Origin: Cyclobacteriaceae bacterium | GTDB taxonomy: Bacteria; Bacteroidota; Bacteroidia; Cytophagales; Cyclobacteriaceae | DNA: 64,000 nucleotides | Reading direction: 5' to 3' | NCBI GenBank assembly: GCA_051155775.1 | Contig: DAXETV010000046.1 | Location: 12,750-76,749, forward strand | Shown: piece after piece, positions 49,459 through 59,079 of the stretch | Position numbering within the stretch: position 1 is the stretch's first letter | How the letters are laid out: each line of letters begins with the position of its first letter | Program-made: the position numbers and the translations under genes | The notes under the pieces: model-generated | Databases searched by the model: none | Seen by the model: the letters and a program-made list of their open reading frames with translations, nothing else | What the model was told of the DNA's origin: nothing

Positions 49459-49628
49459 AAGTGCTTTAAAGACCTTAAAAAATTGCATTGATAATCACAA
49501 GTTAGTCTTATGGGTGCCCTTAAACGACCCGTTTAATCGATGATTATTAAAATAATAATTTATAAAATAAGTTCAGTTCATAAATAGTTCTATATTAGAG
49601 ATTTTAAATAAGGTGTTTACACTTTAAT

Positions 49629-50429
49629 ATGTTCTTAAGCAGGTGTGTTTATGTGTTTCTTATTTGCCTGATCCTGTTGTCTTGCAAAGATAAAGTTATC
49701 TGTCCTGCATTTCAGAGTACCTATATCCTTGATGATAGCATCAGGGAAGCTTATTTTTCATACTTCAGAGAGGATTCACTTCCAAAAGAGACGCCATGGG
49801 TAAGAAAAAATAAGTATGGCATTATGAAAAGGGATCCGTATTGGGTGAAAAATTATAAACTGAAAACCGCTCCTATGGAAAATGTTTTGAGGCCTGATCC
49901 TGAAGAAGTAGCAGACGAAGGAGAGTTTTATGAGGAAGATTTTATTGCTGATTCTCTTGATTTAGAAAGTGAATTTGCTGAAGAACCGGATATTCAAAGC
50001 GAAGAGCCTACCGATCTGATTGCATCATCTGATACAGTACCGGCTCCAGTTATCCCTGATACATCCACATATAAAGAAGCCAGGTTTTTATATGGCTATA
50101 AATTAGATGATAATTTTAATTACGATCAGGTTTACTACAATAAATATTTCGGCAAATTCCTGGTTGATACCGTTGAGATTGGTCCTGATCCGGCTTTAAT
50201 GGACTCTTTAGCGAAAGCCGCAGGTGATACCACATCAATGCTTGATTCGGGTAACGTTGGTTTTTTTCAAAGTATCCTGAATTTTTTTGAGGGAATCTTT
50301 GCTAAGAAAGAAAAAGGTAATGACGGCCAGGAAGATGTTGAAGAGGAAGAGGCACTTGAGGAACTTTTGGATGCTGAAGAAGAACCACTACCTGACTTTG
50401 AGGAGGAAGGTGATGGGAATGATAATTAA
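49629..50429 (+). CDS. hypothetical lipoprotein with highly acidic C-terminus
   Basis: Signal with LILLSCK lipobox-like Cys. C-terminal Glu/Asp-rich tail. Confidence 0.4.
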   Translation: MFLSRCVYVFLICLILLSCKDKVICPAFQSTYILDDSIREAYFSYFREDSLPKETPWVRKNKYGIMKRDPYWVKNYKLKTAPMENVLRPDPEEVADEGEFYEEDFIADSLDLESEFAEEPDIQSEEPTDLIASSDTVPAPVIPDTSTYKEARFLYGYKLDDNFNYDQVYYNKYFGKFLVDTVEIGPDPALMDSLAKAAGDTTSMLDSGNVGFFQSILNFFEGIFAKKEKGNDGQEDVEEEEALEELLDAEEEPLPDFEEEGDGNDN

Positions 50430-50438
50430 CAAACTAAT

Positions 50439-53204
50439 CTAAACGACCACGTTTACTATCTTTTTCGGAACAACGATTACTTTTTTAGGATTTTTACCGG
50501 CTAACCATTTTTGAATAACCTCGGAAGCTAAAACCTGTTTTTCAATTGCTTCTTTAGGCATATCTAAGGGGAAAGTCATTTTAGCCCGCATCTTTCCATT
50601 TACAGAAACAGGGTACTCATGCGATTCTTCAATTAGGTATTTGGAGTCATATTGAGGAAATTCAGCATCATTGATGGTAGTGTTGTGGCCCATTCTATGC
50701 CATAGCTCTTCTGTAATGTGTGGCGCAAAGGGGGATAAAATGATGGTAAGCGGCTCTAATATTTTTCGCTTTTTACATTTCAGTGAAGTAAGTTCATTAA
50801 CTGCAATCATAAATTGACTGACTGAAGTATTGAGTGAAAGGTTTTCAATGTCTTCTCCAACTTTCCTGATGGCTTGATGCAGAACTTTAAGCTCCCTGGA
50901 TGTCGGCTCTTCGTCTGAAATTGAAAAAATTTCACCGGAAAAGAACAAGTTCCAGTACCTCTTTAAAAATTTATAGACACCGTCAATACCATTGGTGTTC
51001 CACGGTTTGAATTGCTCAATGGGACCCAGGAACATTTCGTATAACCTAAGGGTATCAGCACCATACTTAGCTATGATGTCATCAGGATTGACCACATTGA
51101 ATTTGGATTTTGACATTTTCTCAACCTCTGCCCCACAGATATATTTTCCCCCCTCTAAAATAAATTCAGCATTTATAGCCTCTGGCTTGAATTTTTTAAA
51201 AGCTTCAATATCCAATTCATCATTTTCCACGAGGTTAACATCTACATGAATGGCGGTAGTTTGATATTGTTTTCTTAATCCATAGGATACATATTTGTTT
51301 TCGCCTGTTAGCCGGTAGACAAAGTTTGAGCGTCCCTGAATCATGCCCTGATTGATTAGTTTTTTGGCATATTCATCAACACTAACATAACCAAGGTCGA
51401 AAAGTATTTTAGTCCAAAAGCGGGAATAAAGAAGATGTCCCGTGGCATGTTCTGACCCTCCAAGATACAGATCCACCGCTTGCCAGTATTCCTGAGCTTC
51501 TTTGCTTACAAATGCTTCATTATTATCCGGATCCATGTAGCGGAAGAAATACCAACTAGAACCTGCCCAGCCTGGCATGGTGGTTAGTTCAAATGGGTAT
51601 TCTCCTTTATATTTCCAGCCTTTGGCCCGGCCAAGTGGAGGCTCACCTTCTTCAGTAGGAAGAAAAGCATCTACATTGGGTAATTTAAGGGGAAGTTCTT
51701 CATCAGGGACTAAATGGGGTACACCATCTTTGTAATAAACAGGAAAGGGCTCTCCCCAATACCGTTGCCTGCCAAAGATGGCATCACGCATTTTATAATT
51801 GACTTTAGCTTTTCCAATATTGTTTTCCTCCACATATTGGATGGCTTTTTCTATGGCATCTTTAACTTCCAGGCCATCCAGTAAGCCTGAATTGATCATC
51901 TTGCCCGTCTTGGCATCATTTGCTCCCTGCTCCAGGTCAGTCCCTTCAATCACGGGAATGATGGGAAGATCAAAATGTTTTGCGAACCGAAAATCTCTAT
52001 CATCAGAAGCAGGTACCGCCATCACTGACCCTGTGCCATAACCGGACAGCACATAGTCAGCAACCCAGATCGGTATCTTTTCCTGGTTGAAAGGATTAAC
52101 AGCATAAGAACCCGTGAATACCCCTGAGATGGATTTAACATCACTCATACGATCCCTCTCCGAGCGATTGATGGCCATCTCAATATATTTTTTCACTTCT
52201 TCATGCTGCTTATCGGTGACCAACTGGTTGATCAGTTCACTTTCAGGAGCCAGGGTCAGGAATGTGACCCCGTAAATTGTGTCTATACGTGTGGTGAAGA
52301 CCCTGATTTTTAGATCCTGATCAACCACCTGAAAGTCCACTTCAGCACCTATGGATTTGCCAATCCAGTTGCGCTGCATTTCTTTGATGGGTTCCGGCCA
52401 GTCTATTCTTTCCAACCCTTCAAGCAAGCGCTCTGCATAGGCTGTGGTCCGCATGTTCCACTGGGGCATTTTTTTCTTCACTACCGGATGGCCGCCACGC
52501 TCAGAGAAGCCGTCCTTCACCTCATCATTGGAAAGTACGGTTCCCAGTTCCGGGCACCAGTTGACCGTAGTATCTGCAAGGTAAGTGAGGCGGTATTTCA
52601 GAAGTATCTTCTGTTTTTCTTTTTCACTGAAGGCCTGCCACTCATATGCTTTAAAGGACGGCGTATCCTCGCTGCAGTGGGCTTCTATACTTTCATTGCC
52701 TGATTCCTCGAGTGCTCTGATCAGGGTATCGATTGGTTCGGCTTTATCAGCTTTTAGATTATACCAACTGTTATAAATGACTTTAAATAACCATTGGGTC
52801 CATTTGTAGTAAGAGGGATCGCTGGTACGGACTTCCCTGTCCCAATCGTATGAGAAGCCCATAGACCGGAGCTGCTCTTTGTACCTTTTAATGTTATTGT
52901 CTGTGGTAATGGCCGGATGTTGACCAGTCTGTATGGCATACTGCTCTGCAGGCAACCCAAAAGCGTCAAATCCCATGGGATGGAGTACATTAAAACCTTT
53001 AAGCCTTTTATAGCGGGCCACGATATCTGAGGCTATATAACCCAGTGGATGGCCCACATGCAACCCTGCCCCTGAAGGGTAGGGGAACATGTCCAGAATA
53101 TAAAATTTGGGTTTGTTATTGTTTAGATGGGTTTTGTAGGTATTGTTTTTAATCCAGTAGGACTGCCATTTTATATATAAACGATCAAAACTTGTGTCTG
53201 ACAT
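50439..53204 (-). CDS. leuS: leucine--tRNA ligase
   Basis: HVGHPLGY (HIGH) and KMSKSK motifs. 921 aa with a CP1 editing domain. Confidence 0.95.
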   Translation of the reverse strand: MSDTSFDRLYIKWQSYWIKNNTYKTHLNNNKPKFYILDMFPYPSGAGLHVGHPLGYIASDIVARYKRLKGFNVLHPMGFDAFGLPAEQYAIQTGQHPAITTDNNIKRYKEQLRSMGFSYDWDREVRTSDPSYYKWTQWLFKVIYNSWYNLKADKAEPIDTLIRALEESGNESIEAHCSEDTPSFKAYEWQAFSEKEKQKILLKYRLTYLADTTVNWCPELGTVLSNDEVKDGFSERGGHPVVKKKMPQWNMRTTAYAERLLEGLERIDWPEPIKEMQRNWIGKSIGAEVDFQVVDQDLKIRVFTTRIDTIYGVTFLTLAPESELINQLVTDKQHEEVKKYIEMAINRSERDRMSDVKSISGVFTGSYAVNPFNQEKIPIWVADYVLSGYGTGSVMAVPASDDRDFRFAKHFDLPIIPVIEGTDLEQGANDAKTGKMINSGLLDGLEVKDAIEKAIQYVEENNIGKAKVNYKMRDAIFGRQRYWGEPFPVYYKDGVPHLVPDEELPLKLPNVDAFLPTEEGEPPLGRAKGWKYKGEYPFELTTMPGWAGSSWYFFRYMDPDNNEAFVSKEAQEYWQAVDLYLGGSEHATGHLLYSRFWTKILFDLGYVSVDEYAKKLINQGMIQGRSNFVYRLTGENKYVSYGLRKQYQTTAIHVDVNLVENDELDIEAFKKFKPEAINAEFILEGGKYICGAEVEKMSKSKFNVVNPDDIIAKYGADTLRLYEMFLGPIEQFKPWNTNGIDGVYKFLKRYWNLFFSGEIFSISDEEPTSRELKVLHQAIRKVGEDIENLSLNTSVSQFMIAVNELTSLKCKKRKILEPLTIILSPFAPHITEELWHRMGHNTTINDAEFPQYDSKYLIEESHEYPVSVNGKMRAKMTFPLDMPKEAIEKQVLASEVIQKWLAGKNPKKVIVVPKKIVNVVV

Positions 53205-53240
53205 GTAAAGATACAGACTGACTTATTTGTGAAAAGTGAA

Positions 53241-53402
53241 TTAACTATAATATTGACCTGTGGTGAAGCTTACATAGGTAGGTTCAAAACCATTTCCGCC
53301 CTTAGGAAGCGATTCAGTCATAGAAGCATCCATCGGTTGAATCTCAGGAGTATTCCAGACTTTTTTATATGATTTAATAGTGTCTAATCTTTTCATCATC
53401 AT
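53241..53402 (-). CDS. candidate lasso-peptide precursor (A), 53 codons, not in ORF track
   Basis: Hand translation of the minus strand: MMMKRLDTIKSYKKVWNTPEIQPMDASMTESLPKGGNGFEPTYVSFTTGQYYS. It starts in a +1 frame inside the last 29 nt of the cyclase gene. Aromatic-xxPx(I/L) leader motif (WNTPEI), Thr-Glu-Ser junction, single acidic residue in the putative core, C-terminal Ser. Confidence 0.6.
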   Translation of the reverse strand: MMMKRLDTIKSYKKVWNTPEIQPMDASMTESLPKGGNGFEPTYVSFTTGQYYS

Positions 53403-55203
53403 ATTTTTTACAAAAAAAGTACATTAAATATTGTTTCGCAAGTTTTCCTGGTTCAATATTATCAAAATTATTATAATATTTGATTATTCTATTGTGATCT
53501 ACTATTTTATTTAGATTATTATTAACAGATATGATTTTATGATTTTCAAATATTTGTTCTTTTTCCCTTTTATGAACCATATGGAGTTCTGGTGTATTAA
53601 AACCTGTTTTTTGATTTCTATTTATTATATAAGTGGGTAATAAATCTTTAAATATTTTCTTAAATATATCCCTTTGACTATAAAAAATTGTATAAAGTAA
53701 AGAAGTTTGTGAAAGAACAGCACGAATTAACTTACGGTCAAACATTGGGTACCGGTATTCTATCCCAAAATAATCTGATGTGTTAGCGTTATTGGTAAAA
53801 AAATTATTGTGGATATAAACTTCAAGCGTGCCAATCATTCGATTTATATCAGTATTTGATTTATGTCTTTTCAACATAACCCTGGTTATTTTTTTACGAA
53901 CTATCTTTTTATATCTTTTTTTTAAAGGTATTAGTTTATCATAATTTATATTAAAGTGGAATAAGGTGTTGTAATATATCCTCATAACCAATTTTATAAT
54001 TGGAATCGGTAACCACTTAGTCTTCGATTTATGGTTCATTTTATACCTTTTTGTAACGCATTGATCACCACCCATTCCTGATATAAGAGCAGACACACCC
54101 TTTTTATTAGCTTTTTCAAATAAGACCTGTGAAATAACGGCACTTTTGCTGTTAGGGACACCGGCGTTCAATTCCAGTGATCTTTGTATTTCAATCCAAT
54201 AGTTTATATGATGGTCTTCATGAATATATTCATGTTCAAATTTATTTGGGTAGAATTTTAAAAAAGCGTTAACATAATCGAATACATCATCAGTATCTTT
54301 ATTCAGGATAGCATCTTTGGTATTATGGGAAAAAGTAAAAATTTTTTCTTGATCGCTGAGCGGAAGTTTTTTTAAAATAGCGCAAATACTCGATGAATCT
54401 AACCCACCACTTAGTTCCGCACCAACAGCTCCCCATGATCTGGCTCTTTTTTTTACAGCTTCCTCAAACAAATAATTAATCTCATCCATGTATTCAGGCA
54501 CATTGCTGGATCTTTGATTAACTTCATTTTCTAATGACCAATAAATTGATTTATAAATCTGAGTATTTGACGGTAGAGTCAACCATTCGGCGGGTAGAAT
54601 AGGAAAGATTTCTTTAAAGTAGGTTTTATCAAATGGAATAATTTTTGGGGCAATATGTTCTAAAATAGCATCATAATTAACCGTCTTTTTAACAAATGGC
54701 AGGTTAATAATACACTTTACTGAAGAAGCAAAAATGAAATATCCTTTATCTTCATAATAAAATAACGGTTTAATACCCATATGGTCCCGGACGCAAAACA
54801 GCTCTTTTTTACTGTTATCCCATATAGCAAAAGCAAAATCACCTTCCAGGTATTTTGGACTCTCCTTACCCCATTTTTCATAAGCTTTTAAGATGAAATG
54901 TGCGTCTGCCATTTTATTGGCGGTTGATACTTCAATATTTAATTTTGATATAAGCTCTTCCCGGTTATCTATCCTGCAATCTGCTACAATGATATTTCCA
55001 GATGATTTATCGATGTTGGGGAGACTAATGAACTTTGATTCGGGTGTATTATATCGATGTCTCTGTCCAAGAACAATATTGGAATTTTCCAGGATATTTT
55101 CTTCGTGATGGAACCTCGTAGTCGAATTTTCCAACATGGTTTTAACATCCCTGGTATTAACTTGAGTTTTATTCTTATATAATATTCCACATATAGTACT
55201 CAT
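53374..55203 (-). CDS. asparagine-synthetase-like lasso peptide cyclase (C)
   Basis: AsnB fold with PP-loop ELSGGLDSSSICA. The N-terminus is MSTICGI, so the Cys is not residue 2 and there is probably no Ntn glutaminase activity. Sits next to the B2 and B1 genes. Confidence 0.8.
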   Translation of the reverse strand: MSTICGILYKNKTQVNTRDVKTMLENSTTRFHHEENILENSNIVLGQRHRYNTPESKFISLPNIDKSSGNIIVADCRIDNREELISKLNIEVSTANKMADAHFILKAYEKWGKESPKYLEGDFAFAIWDNSKKELFCVRDHMGIKPLFYYEDKGYFIFASSVKCIINLPFVKKTVNYDAILEHIAPKIIPFDKTYFKEIFPILPAEWLTLPSNTQIYKSIYWSLENEVNQRSSNVPEYMDEINYLFEEAVKKRARSWGAVGAELSGGLDSSSICAILKKLPLSDQEKIFTFSHNTKDAILNKDTDDVFDYVNAFLKFYPNKFEHEYIHEDHHINYWIEIQRSLELNAGVPNSKSAVISQVLFEKANKKGVSALISGMGGDQCVTKRYKMNHKSKTKWLPIPIIKLVMRIYYNTLFHFNINYDKLIPLKKRYKKIVRKKITRVMLKRHKSNTDINRMIGTLEVYIHNNFFTNNANTSDYFGIEYRYPMFDRKLIRAVLSQTSLLYTIFYSQRDIFKKIFKDLLPTYIINRNQKTGFNTPELHMVHKREKEQIFENHKIISVNNNLNKIVDHNRIIKYYNNFDNIEPGKLAKQYLMYFFCKKYDDEKIRHY

Positions 55204-55268
55204 ATCAGTTTATTTGATTTAAGGTAAAGGGAATTGTAAAGCGTGATAGGAGTCAATAGTTCATTCAG

Positions 55269-55712
55269 TCAGGAAAATTTTACCAGCAAATTAAAACCGT
55301 TTCCATTTCCGCCAGTAACGTGTATTTTTCCACTCCTTAGCCAGGCATGTGCATCTATAATTTTGATTTTAGAATTAGTAACGCCAAAATAAACGGTTCC
55401 TGGCAAACCCCTTAACCTAAGCATTAATTTACCTGCAATTGCTTGTGCAAGACATTTGCTATTCCACGGTAAGTTTTTACTTCCTATTTTAATGAACTTT
55501 GAAAGGAGATAAGACATTTTTTCTCTTTGAAAATCAAGCATGGATGGACTATCAACATTTTTCTCGCCAAGAATTTTAACGATTAGCCTAAAAGGAAAAA
55601 AAAATATTATTAACTCAGATAAAATCAAAAAAAATACAACCTCAGCTAATAATAGCTTATCCCTTAAGCCCAGTTGTAAAAATTTGATCACTATCCTAAC
55701 CAACCTAACCAT
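55269..55712 (-). CDS. lasso peptide leader peptidase B2 (transglutaminase-like Cys protease)
   Basis: 147 aa with NSKCLAQAIA (catalytic Cys) and IIDAHAWL (His), typical of McjB C-terminal-domain homologues. Confidence 0.8.
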   Translation of the reverse strand: MVRLVRIVIKFLQLGLRDKLLLAEVVFFLILSELIIFFFPFRLIVKILGEKNVDSPSMLDFQREKMSYLLSKFIKIGSKNLPWNSKCLAQAIAGKLMLRLRGLPGTVYFGVTNSKIKIIDAHAWLRSGKIHVTGGNGNGFNLLVKFS

Positions 55713-55722
55713 ATTAATATTT

Positions 55723-56595
55723 TCAAACTTTTTCTAATGGTATATGCTCGTTAATTTTCAAGTATTCAAGTTTTTCCATTACATGGCCGTGGTTTTTGGT
55801 TAGTTCATTTATTTGGTCTTTATTTAAATAGTCATTGAAAGTGCCAACTTTTCCATTTCTAAAAAAAGTCTTACAATATATCATTTTTTCACCAAATCCT
55901 TTTTCTTGTTCCTGTTTCTGAAGGGTGTCAATATTACTATTTTCAATGGCTTTGATGATTGACTTTTCATCATAATCTAGTTCTGCAAAGGCCACTGCTT
56001 CTGAGAAAGTCTTAAGCGGGTGATTTACCATGTCTTCATACTTTATTATTTTAACTGGGAATTCTTCGTGACAAGTCCAACTTAGATAATGACCACTCCA
56101 TGTTAAGAGTATTTGTCTTAATTGATTGGTCTGTCTTTTGCCTTCTCCACAAAACGAAAATTTGGGATTATTTAAAATTTTCAATGTGTTTTTAAAATTA
56201 TCATGACCCGAATGATGTGCAAAGGATATACATATATCCAGGGGATTTCTTACAAAATATAAGGCCTTTTTTGTAGCTTCTTTAGGGATTAGAGGTTTGC
56301 CATTTGGTAAATAAGTATAGGCATCATGTATTTTACAAAACCTTTTTTCCTTCAAAGATTTACTGAAATGAATATAAGCTTCTGGTCTTAATAAATCACA
56401 TTCGTCAGGAGATAAATCTCCACTATCATATCCCAGGGGTTCATCTAATAAATGACGTGCACTGGCAATTGGTCCTCCAATTAAATTATTAATATCAACC
56501 GGATTGTTGGATTTCTTCAGCAGGTTGGTTAAAAAAACCCGGAACCAGGTATTACCGGATTTAGGATAAGAAGCCAACCAGATAATATTACCCAT
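55723..56595 (-). CDS. PAPS-dependent sulfotransferase
   Basis: 5'-PSB loop SYPKSGNTWFR and 3'-PB motif FVRNPLD. Confidence 0.8.
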   Translation of the reverse strand: MGNIIWLASYPKSGNTWFRVFLTNLLKKSNNPVDINNLIGGPIASARHLLDEPLGYDSGDLSPDECDLLRPEAYIHFSKSLKEKRFCKIHDAYTYLPNGKPLIPKEATKKALYFVRNPLDICISFAHHSGHDNFKNTLKILNNPKFSFCGEGKRQTNQLRQILLTWSGHYLSWTCHEEFPVKIIKYEDMVNHPLKTFSEAVAFAELDYDEKSIIKAIENSNIDTLQKQEQEKGFGEKMIYCKTFFRNGKVGTFNDYLNKDQINELTKNHGHVMEKLEYLKINEHIPLEKV

Positions 56596-57508
56596 CGATT
56601 AATTCAATATTTAGGTGATTCAATAATTCACCAATCATTTTCGGTAAAAAGGAAATTTCATTTCCTGGTTTTAAAATCCTGTACATTGGTACAACACTTG
56701 CCAATTTCATACTCAGTTCGAAATGAGGTTTTATAATGTCCAGCCCTTTTAAGAATTGAAATCTAAACGTGTGGTTTTTTAATGCTTGAAATTTTGCAGG
56801 TCCAGTAATGTCATTAATAGATATTTCAGGTTTATTGTGGTTGTTTAAAATAAAAATCCGATCAATAAGCGATTCATTTTTTGAATAAAAATCTTCAGGA
56901 TTTATTTTTATACATCGTTTTTCTAATGCCTCACGAATTTTTTCGAAATCATTTGGCTCCATTTCAAGAGCTTTTAGTGAATCGATCCACAATTTCATTT
57001 GAGGATATCCGGAAATAACCCGTGGAACACCCTGTTGATCAAAGCTTATTAATGAAATATCATCATTAATTACTTTAAAACCTTTATTTCTAAAAGCAGC
57101 GGCAGTAGTAGATTTACCTGCACCAGATTTACCAGCAAACAGAACAGCTTTCTCATCAATTAGTACAGAGCTTGCATGAAGGACTAATTGCTTTCTTTGT
57201 AGCAACAAAGCTCCAAAAGCAGAACCCAAAAGAAATAATCGTATATCTTTATCGTCACCACCCAAAGGTTCTATTGTAATTCTGTTTCCGTTTTCAACAA
57301 AATATTTGGCGATATTATCTACTTTCAGTAAGAGTTGATTAGGCGAAGCCCAGTATCTTATTCCCTTTGATCTGGCATTTTTTAACAGTTCAGGTACGCT
57401 TCCAAAGGAGATTGTTATGTCTTCGTTTGTAAGATTTGCTTGAATGAATTCTGGAATAAATAATTCAGATAAAATATTAAGACCAAAAGCATGATATTTA
57501 TAAGACAT
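56588..57508 (-). CDS. HPr-kinase-related (HprK C-terminal-like) peptide kinase
   Basis: P-loop FAGKSGAGKSTTAAAF in about 300 aa. This gene type accompanies phosphorylated lasso peptides (paeninodin-type clusters). Confidence 0.7.
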   Translation of the reverse strand: MSYKYHAFGLNILSELFIPEFIQANLTNEDITISFGSVPELLKNARSKGIRYWASPNQLLLKVDNIAKYFVENGNRITIEPLGGDDKDIRLFLLGSAFGALLLQRKQLVLHASSVLIDEKAVLFAGKSGAGKSTTAAAFRNKGFKVINDDISLISFDQQGVPRVISGYPQMKLWIDSLKALEMEPNDFEKIREALEKRCIKINPEDFYSKNESLIDRIFILNNHNKPEISINDITGPAKFQALKNHTFRFQFLKGLDIIKPHFELSMKLASVVPMYRILKPGNEISFLPKMIGELLNHLNIELIDG

Positions 57509-57510
57509 AA

Positions 57511-57792
57511 TTATTGAGATACTGAGATTAAATTTTTTTCATTAAGATGATTAAGAAATTCAAATACTTCTTTTGTGCATTTTTCTTTACTTACATCATA
57601 TTCTTGCAAGAGTGTATTTATAATATCAGAAATTTTTTTAGGATTTGATATCATTTCCCATATATCAGTTGCAATTGGATTCATCTTATAATATTCACCA
57701 TTATCGATGCTCATTAGCACGGCTTCATTGTCTAATTTACTTGAAATTTGATCCTCAGCCTGACGAACAATCATTTCTTCGGTTAAACTCAT
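57511..57792 (-). CDS. PqqD-family RiPP recognition element (lasso B1)
   Basis: 93 aa. ...EAVLMSIDNGEYYKMNPIATDIWEMI...EVFEFLNHLNEKNLI pattern of PqqD/RRE proteins. Confidence 0.8.
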   Translation of the reverse strand: MSLTEEMIVRQAEDQISSKLDNEAVLMSIDNGEYYKMNPIATDIWEMISNPKKISDIINTLLQEYDVSKEKCTKEVFEFLNHLNEKNLISVSQ

Positions 57793-57812
57793 TTATTCAA
57801 GATTATTATATG

Positions 57813-57820
57813 CAAATATA
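57813..57820 (-). promoter_or_regulatory. -7 box TATATTTG (minus strand) upstream of the lasso operon
   Basis: Exact TAnnTTTG, 20 nt upstream of the B1 ATG, in the 102-nt divergent intergenic region. Confidence 0.4.
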
Positions 57821-57894
57821 TTTAGGCTATCCATTTATCATAATGAATTTTGTCTTAGGTATTAATCTTTACAGACATGATAGATATTAAATAA

Positions 57895-59079
57895 ATGCAA
57901 AAAGATATAAATATAATTAATTTTCCCATTGAAACTCAAATATTGATAGAGCTCCTCAAGGATTTGCTTCAAGATCATTGTGCTAATAAATCTTTTTTCA
58001 AATTTCAGGATACAAAACACCCTTTAAAATTATTGCAACGACATAGGTTGAGCAGCTATTTTCACAAGATCCAGTCCAGGCACGAAATGGACCAAACACT
58101 CAGAGATCAATTAAAGATTAACTATTTAAAAAATATAAAATTTCAATTAGCCTTAGTAAAAGAGTTTCTCGAGATAAAAAAGTTGTTGGATGTTAATGAA
58201 GTTAAATTTTTAACCCTTAAAGGGCCAGTGTTATCTCACATCCTGTATGAGGATCCGTACACAAGAAATTTTAAGGATATTGATGTGTTGATATCACAGG
58301 AAGACATTGAAAAAACTGAAGGTATTCTGATTAATGCAGGTTTTGAGGTTCTAGATGATATTGTATTCAAAGGTCTTGATAAGAATAAAAGAGATTATTT
58401 ATTAAAATCCCGGACGCATATGGTTTATAGAAAAACCAGTAGTCAAGGGAAACCACTCATTTTAGAATTGCATTGGTCCTTAGTGAGTCCGTTTTCCTTA
58501 TTTCCCTTTTCTTTTCAGTATTTATGGGAAAATTCAATGGATGTGACCATTCATAATGTCCAAATAAAAACCATCAATCACGAATTAAACTTTGCATATC
58601 TTCTTATTCATGGATCTATACATCAGTGGGTGAGGCTGCAATGGCTTGTTGATATAATAAATTATGAGAAAAAAGAAAGCTTAATCGATGAATTTGAACT
58701 AAAGAAAATAATTAAAGAAGGCCAACTTGAAATATCTGTAGCGCAGGCACATAATTTATATCAATTACTCTTTGGGATAGAAAGTAGGTTTTCACAATTA
58801 CATCATAAAAATTGGAACAGTAGGATAATAACAAATTTTGCTCTTAGTGAAATCTCGAGAGTAAATCAATATGATAGTTCTGAATACAATAACTTAAATA
58901 GCTTTATTAACTTGATTCTGCTTAAAAATGATCTGAAACACTACATAGAGGTGATGAAGAACTTTATTATTTCATTGCAGGATTGGAAGTTAGTTCAATT
59001 ACCATCTTTTATGTTTCCATTATATGCAATTGGCCGACCGATATTTTATTTAATGAGAAAGTTTAAGGTTAAAAGGTAA
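57895..59079 (+). CDS. nucleotidyltransferase-family protein (NTP_transf_5-like)
   Basis: LTLKGPVLSHILYEDPYTRNFKDIDVLI core, with the G-x-x-x...D-x-D arrangement of uncharacterised nucleotidyltransferases commonly found beside lasso kinases. Confidence 0.65.
   Translation: MQKDINIINFPIETQILIELLKDLLQDHCANKSFFKFQDTKHPLKLLQRHRLSSYFHKIQSRHEMDQTLRDQLKINYLKNIKFQLALVKEFLEIKKLLDVNEVKFLTLKGPVLSHILYEDPYTRNFKDIDVLISQEDIEKTEGILINAGFEVLDDIVFKGLDKNKRDYLLKSRTHMVYRKTSSQGKPLILELHWSLVSPFSLFPFSFQYLWENSMDVTIHNVQIKTINHELNFAYLLIHGSIHQWVRLQWLVDIINYEKKESLIDEFELKKIIKEGQLEISVAQAHNLYQLLFGIESRFSQLHHKNWNSRIITNFALSEISRVNQYDSSEYNNLNSFINLILLKNDLKHYIEVMKNFIISLQDWKLVQLPSFMFPLYAIGRPIFYLMRKFKVKR

Noticed and set aside
50439-53204. 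leuS as a self-resistance (target-duplicate) gene for the adjacent RiPP cluster
   Set aside because: It is a full-length canonical LeuRS with HIGH/KMSKS motifs and an editing domain, and the window shows no second copy. Adjacency alone is not evidence. This could only be tested by checking the whole genome for another leuS.
55204-55268. Alternative locations for the lasso precursor (B2-C gap here, and the 57793-57894 divergent region)
   Set aside because: Neither region contains an ORF of 20 codons or more with a start codon on either strand. The only candidate with leader-like motifs is 53241-53402.
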